From positions 1-57,989 of the IMG/VR virus record IMGVR_UViG_3300044635_001982: a stretch of DNA of 57,989 bases. One strand, given 5' to 3'. The DNA is from a virus. Taxonomy: Duplodnaviria > Caudoviricetes. The notes beneath the pieces were generated by a model, which did no database searches, had not been told where the DNA came from, and was given only the letters and a program-made list of their open reading frames with translations. This document shows, in pieces, positions 56,714 to 57,989 of the stretch. Made by a program: the position numbers and the translations under genes. Each line of letters starts with the position of its first letter. The stretch's first letter is position 1.

Positions 56714-57022
56714 ATGAATAACCCGACCGATGAGAGTGAGGTGGAGAGCATCGCGCCGGAGGAGATGACGACGGCGGCGGGGCTGGTGGCGAAGGTGGTG
56801 GCGGAACGGGAGCGGTGGCTGCGGGCGTGGCACGAAACGGTGATGCAACCGGATCTGCTGCGGTGGCATGACGCGGAGGTGAATTCGCGGTTTGTGGCGC
56901 CGGGAAGCGGCTGGCTGCAAAGCGGGGAGCGGGTGCTGGGGTGGTTCAAGGTGAGGTATCACGAGGGGCTGGGGGATGTGAGGATCGAGGCGGACTGGCC
57001 GGAAGTGGATGTTGCAAGTTGA
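56714..57022 (+). CDS. Hypothetical protein
   Basis: 102 aa between two heptamer arrays. Confidence 0.6.
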   Translation: MNNPTDESEVESIAPEEMTTAAGLVAKVVAERERWLRAWHETVMQPDLLRWHDAEVNSRFVAPGSGWLQSGERVLGWFKVRYHEGLGDVRIEADWPEVDVAS

Positions 57023-57113
57023 GGGTTGAGTGTTGAGGCGGCGGCGAAGAAGCGGAAGGGCCGGGCCAAAAGATTCTTGCCGAACTGAGGCGTGACCGTA
57101 GCGGGACAAGGGC

Positions 57114-57989
57114 ATGGCTTATCCACGCTCCGCCCGCCGCCGTGAAGAAATGCCGCAACGCCCGCGCATCGATGCGCGAGCGGCGCGGCGCGACCTGAAC
57201 GGGAATGTCATCTCGGAACCGGGGGAGATGGCGTTCACGAAAATGCACCGCGGCATGGATGGGAAGCCGGACAGCGGCGAGAGCATCGGGCGCGGAACGA
57301 CGATGCAGTTCCCCGCGCGGAAATCGGGCCTCGACGGACTGCGACCGCTGGCGGATGCGCCGGCTCAGCGGCAGGGACCGCTGCCGGACGGCGGAACGAT
57401 GGACACGACCACGACGCCTTCGGGGTTTCCGCGCAGCCGGATGACGACGGGCAACGCCGGGGTGGAGATGCGCGGGGCGGAGGAGCGCGGGGCGCAGATG
57501 GCTCCGGCGGCATCGCGGACGGCATTTCCCCGACCGGGAACGGGGGCGAACATCATGCGCCAGCCGGACGGGAGTCCGGGGGGGCTGATCACGGCGGCAC
57601 CGGGGGGAGGGCGCGATCTTTCGAGCGTGTATGGCACGGGGAGTCTGCGGTTTCCGCAGCCTCCAGGGTTGGCGAAGCAGGATATGACGGCGATGCCGCG
57701 ACACAGTGCGCTGCTGCCGACGGCGCGGGTGAGACCTCGGGCGGAGGCGGATGCGCTGGCGGCGAAGCTGGAAAGGCCCGAACCGCAGCCTCCAGGGCTG
57801 GCGAAGCAGGATATGACGGCGATGCCGCGACACAGTGCGCTGCTGCCGACGGCGCGGGTGAGACCTCGGGCGGAGGCGGATGCGCTGGCGGCGAAGCTGG
57901 AAAGGCCCGAACCGCAGCCTCCAGGGCTGGCGAAGCAGGATATGACGGCGATGCCGCGACACAGTGCGCTGCTGCCGACGGCGCGGGTG
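57114..57989 (+). CDS. 5' part of the origin-spanning ORF with 43-aa repeats
   Basis: MAYPRSARRREEMPQ... is open to the window end; class-L motif 9 nt upstream. Confidence 0.75.
   Translation, partial: MAYPRSARRREEMPQRPRIDARAARRDLNGNVISEPGEMAFTKMHRGMDGKPDSGESIGRGTTMQFPARKSGLDGLRPLADAPAQRQGPLPDGGTMDTTTTPSGFPRSRMTTGNAGVEMRGAEERGAQMAPAASRTAFPRPGTGANIMRQPDGSPGGLITAAPGGGRDLSSVYGTGSLRFPQPPGLAKQDMTAMPRHSALLPTARVRPRAEADALAAKLERPEPQPPGLAKQDMTAMPRHSALLPTARVRPRAEADALAAKLERPEPQPPGLAKQDMTAMPRHSALLPTARV
57654..57989 (+). repeat. 129-bp tandem repeat (about 3 copies across the origin)
   Basis: Units start at 57654, 57783 and 57912 and encode PQPPGLAKQDMTAMPRHSALLPTARVRPRAEADALAAKLERPE. Confidence 0.92.

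Noticed and set aside
57654-57989. CRISPR array
   Set aside because: Contiguous 129-bp coding repeats with no unique spacers and no cas genes. The heptamer arrays likewise lack spacers.

Overview
The window looks like a complete, circularly assembled temperate phage genome. Bases 1-127 equal 57863-57989, giving a unit length of about 57,862 bp. It is GC-rich, and podovirus-like morphology is inferred from an N4-gp56-like capsid, no tape measure and a giant ejection-type protein. A Verrucomicrobiota-like host is a weak inference from repeat style. Modules: a 6,064-aa polyvalent protein (227-18421); a minus-strand structural/lysis operon (18.8-34.2 kb); a SNF2 helicase; attP (a tRNA 3' end) with a tyrosine integrase; a switch made of two ribbon-helix-helix genes; an early operon; a serine recombinase; and terS/terL. 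The main finding is a complete phage-borne integron at 46.3-49.8 kb. It has intI, attI and four attC sites whose core boxes show true cassette integration. Its genes are inverted relative to classical cassettes, start and stop inside the attC loops, and cross each recombination core in the same reading frame. The second finding is the giant protein, whose effector modules (RelA/SpoT, ParB-like, DarB-like MTase-helicase, sigma factor, TGT/DpdA-like) are each bracketed by an L-x-A-[AS]-x-V motif. It also hides two nested genes, one an antisense candidate antitoxin with its own sigma70 promoter. All annotations come from motif recognition by eye; no database searches were run.
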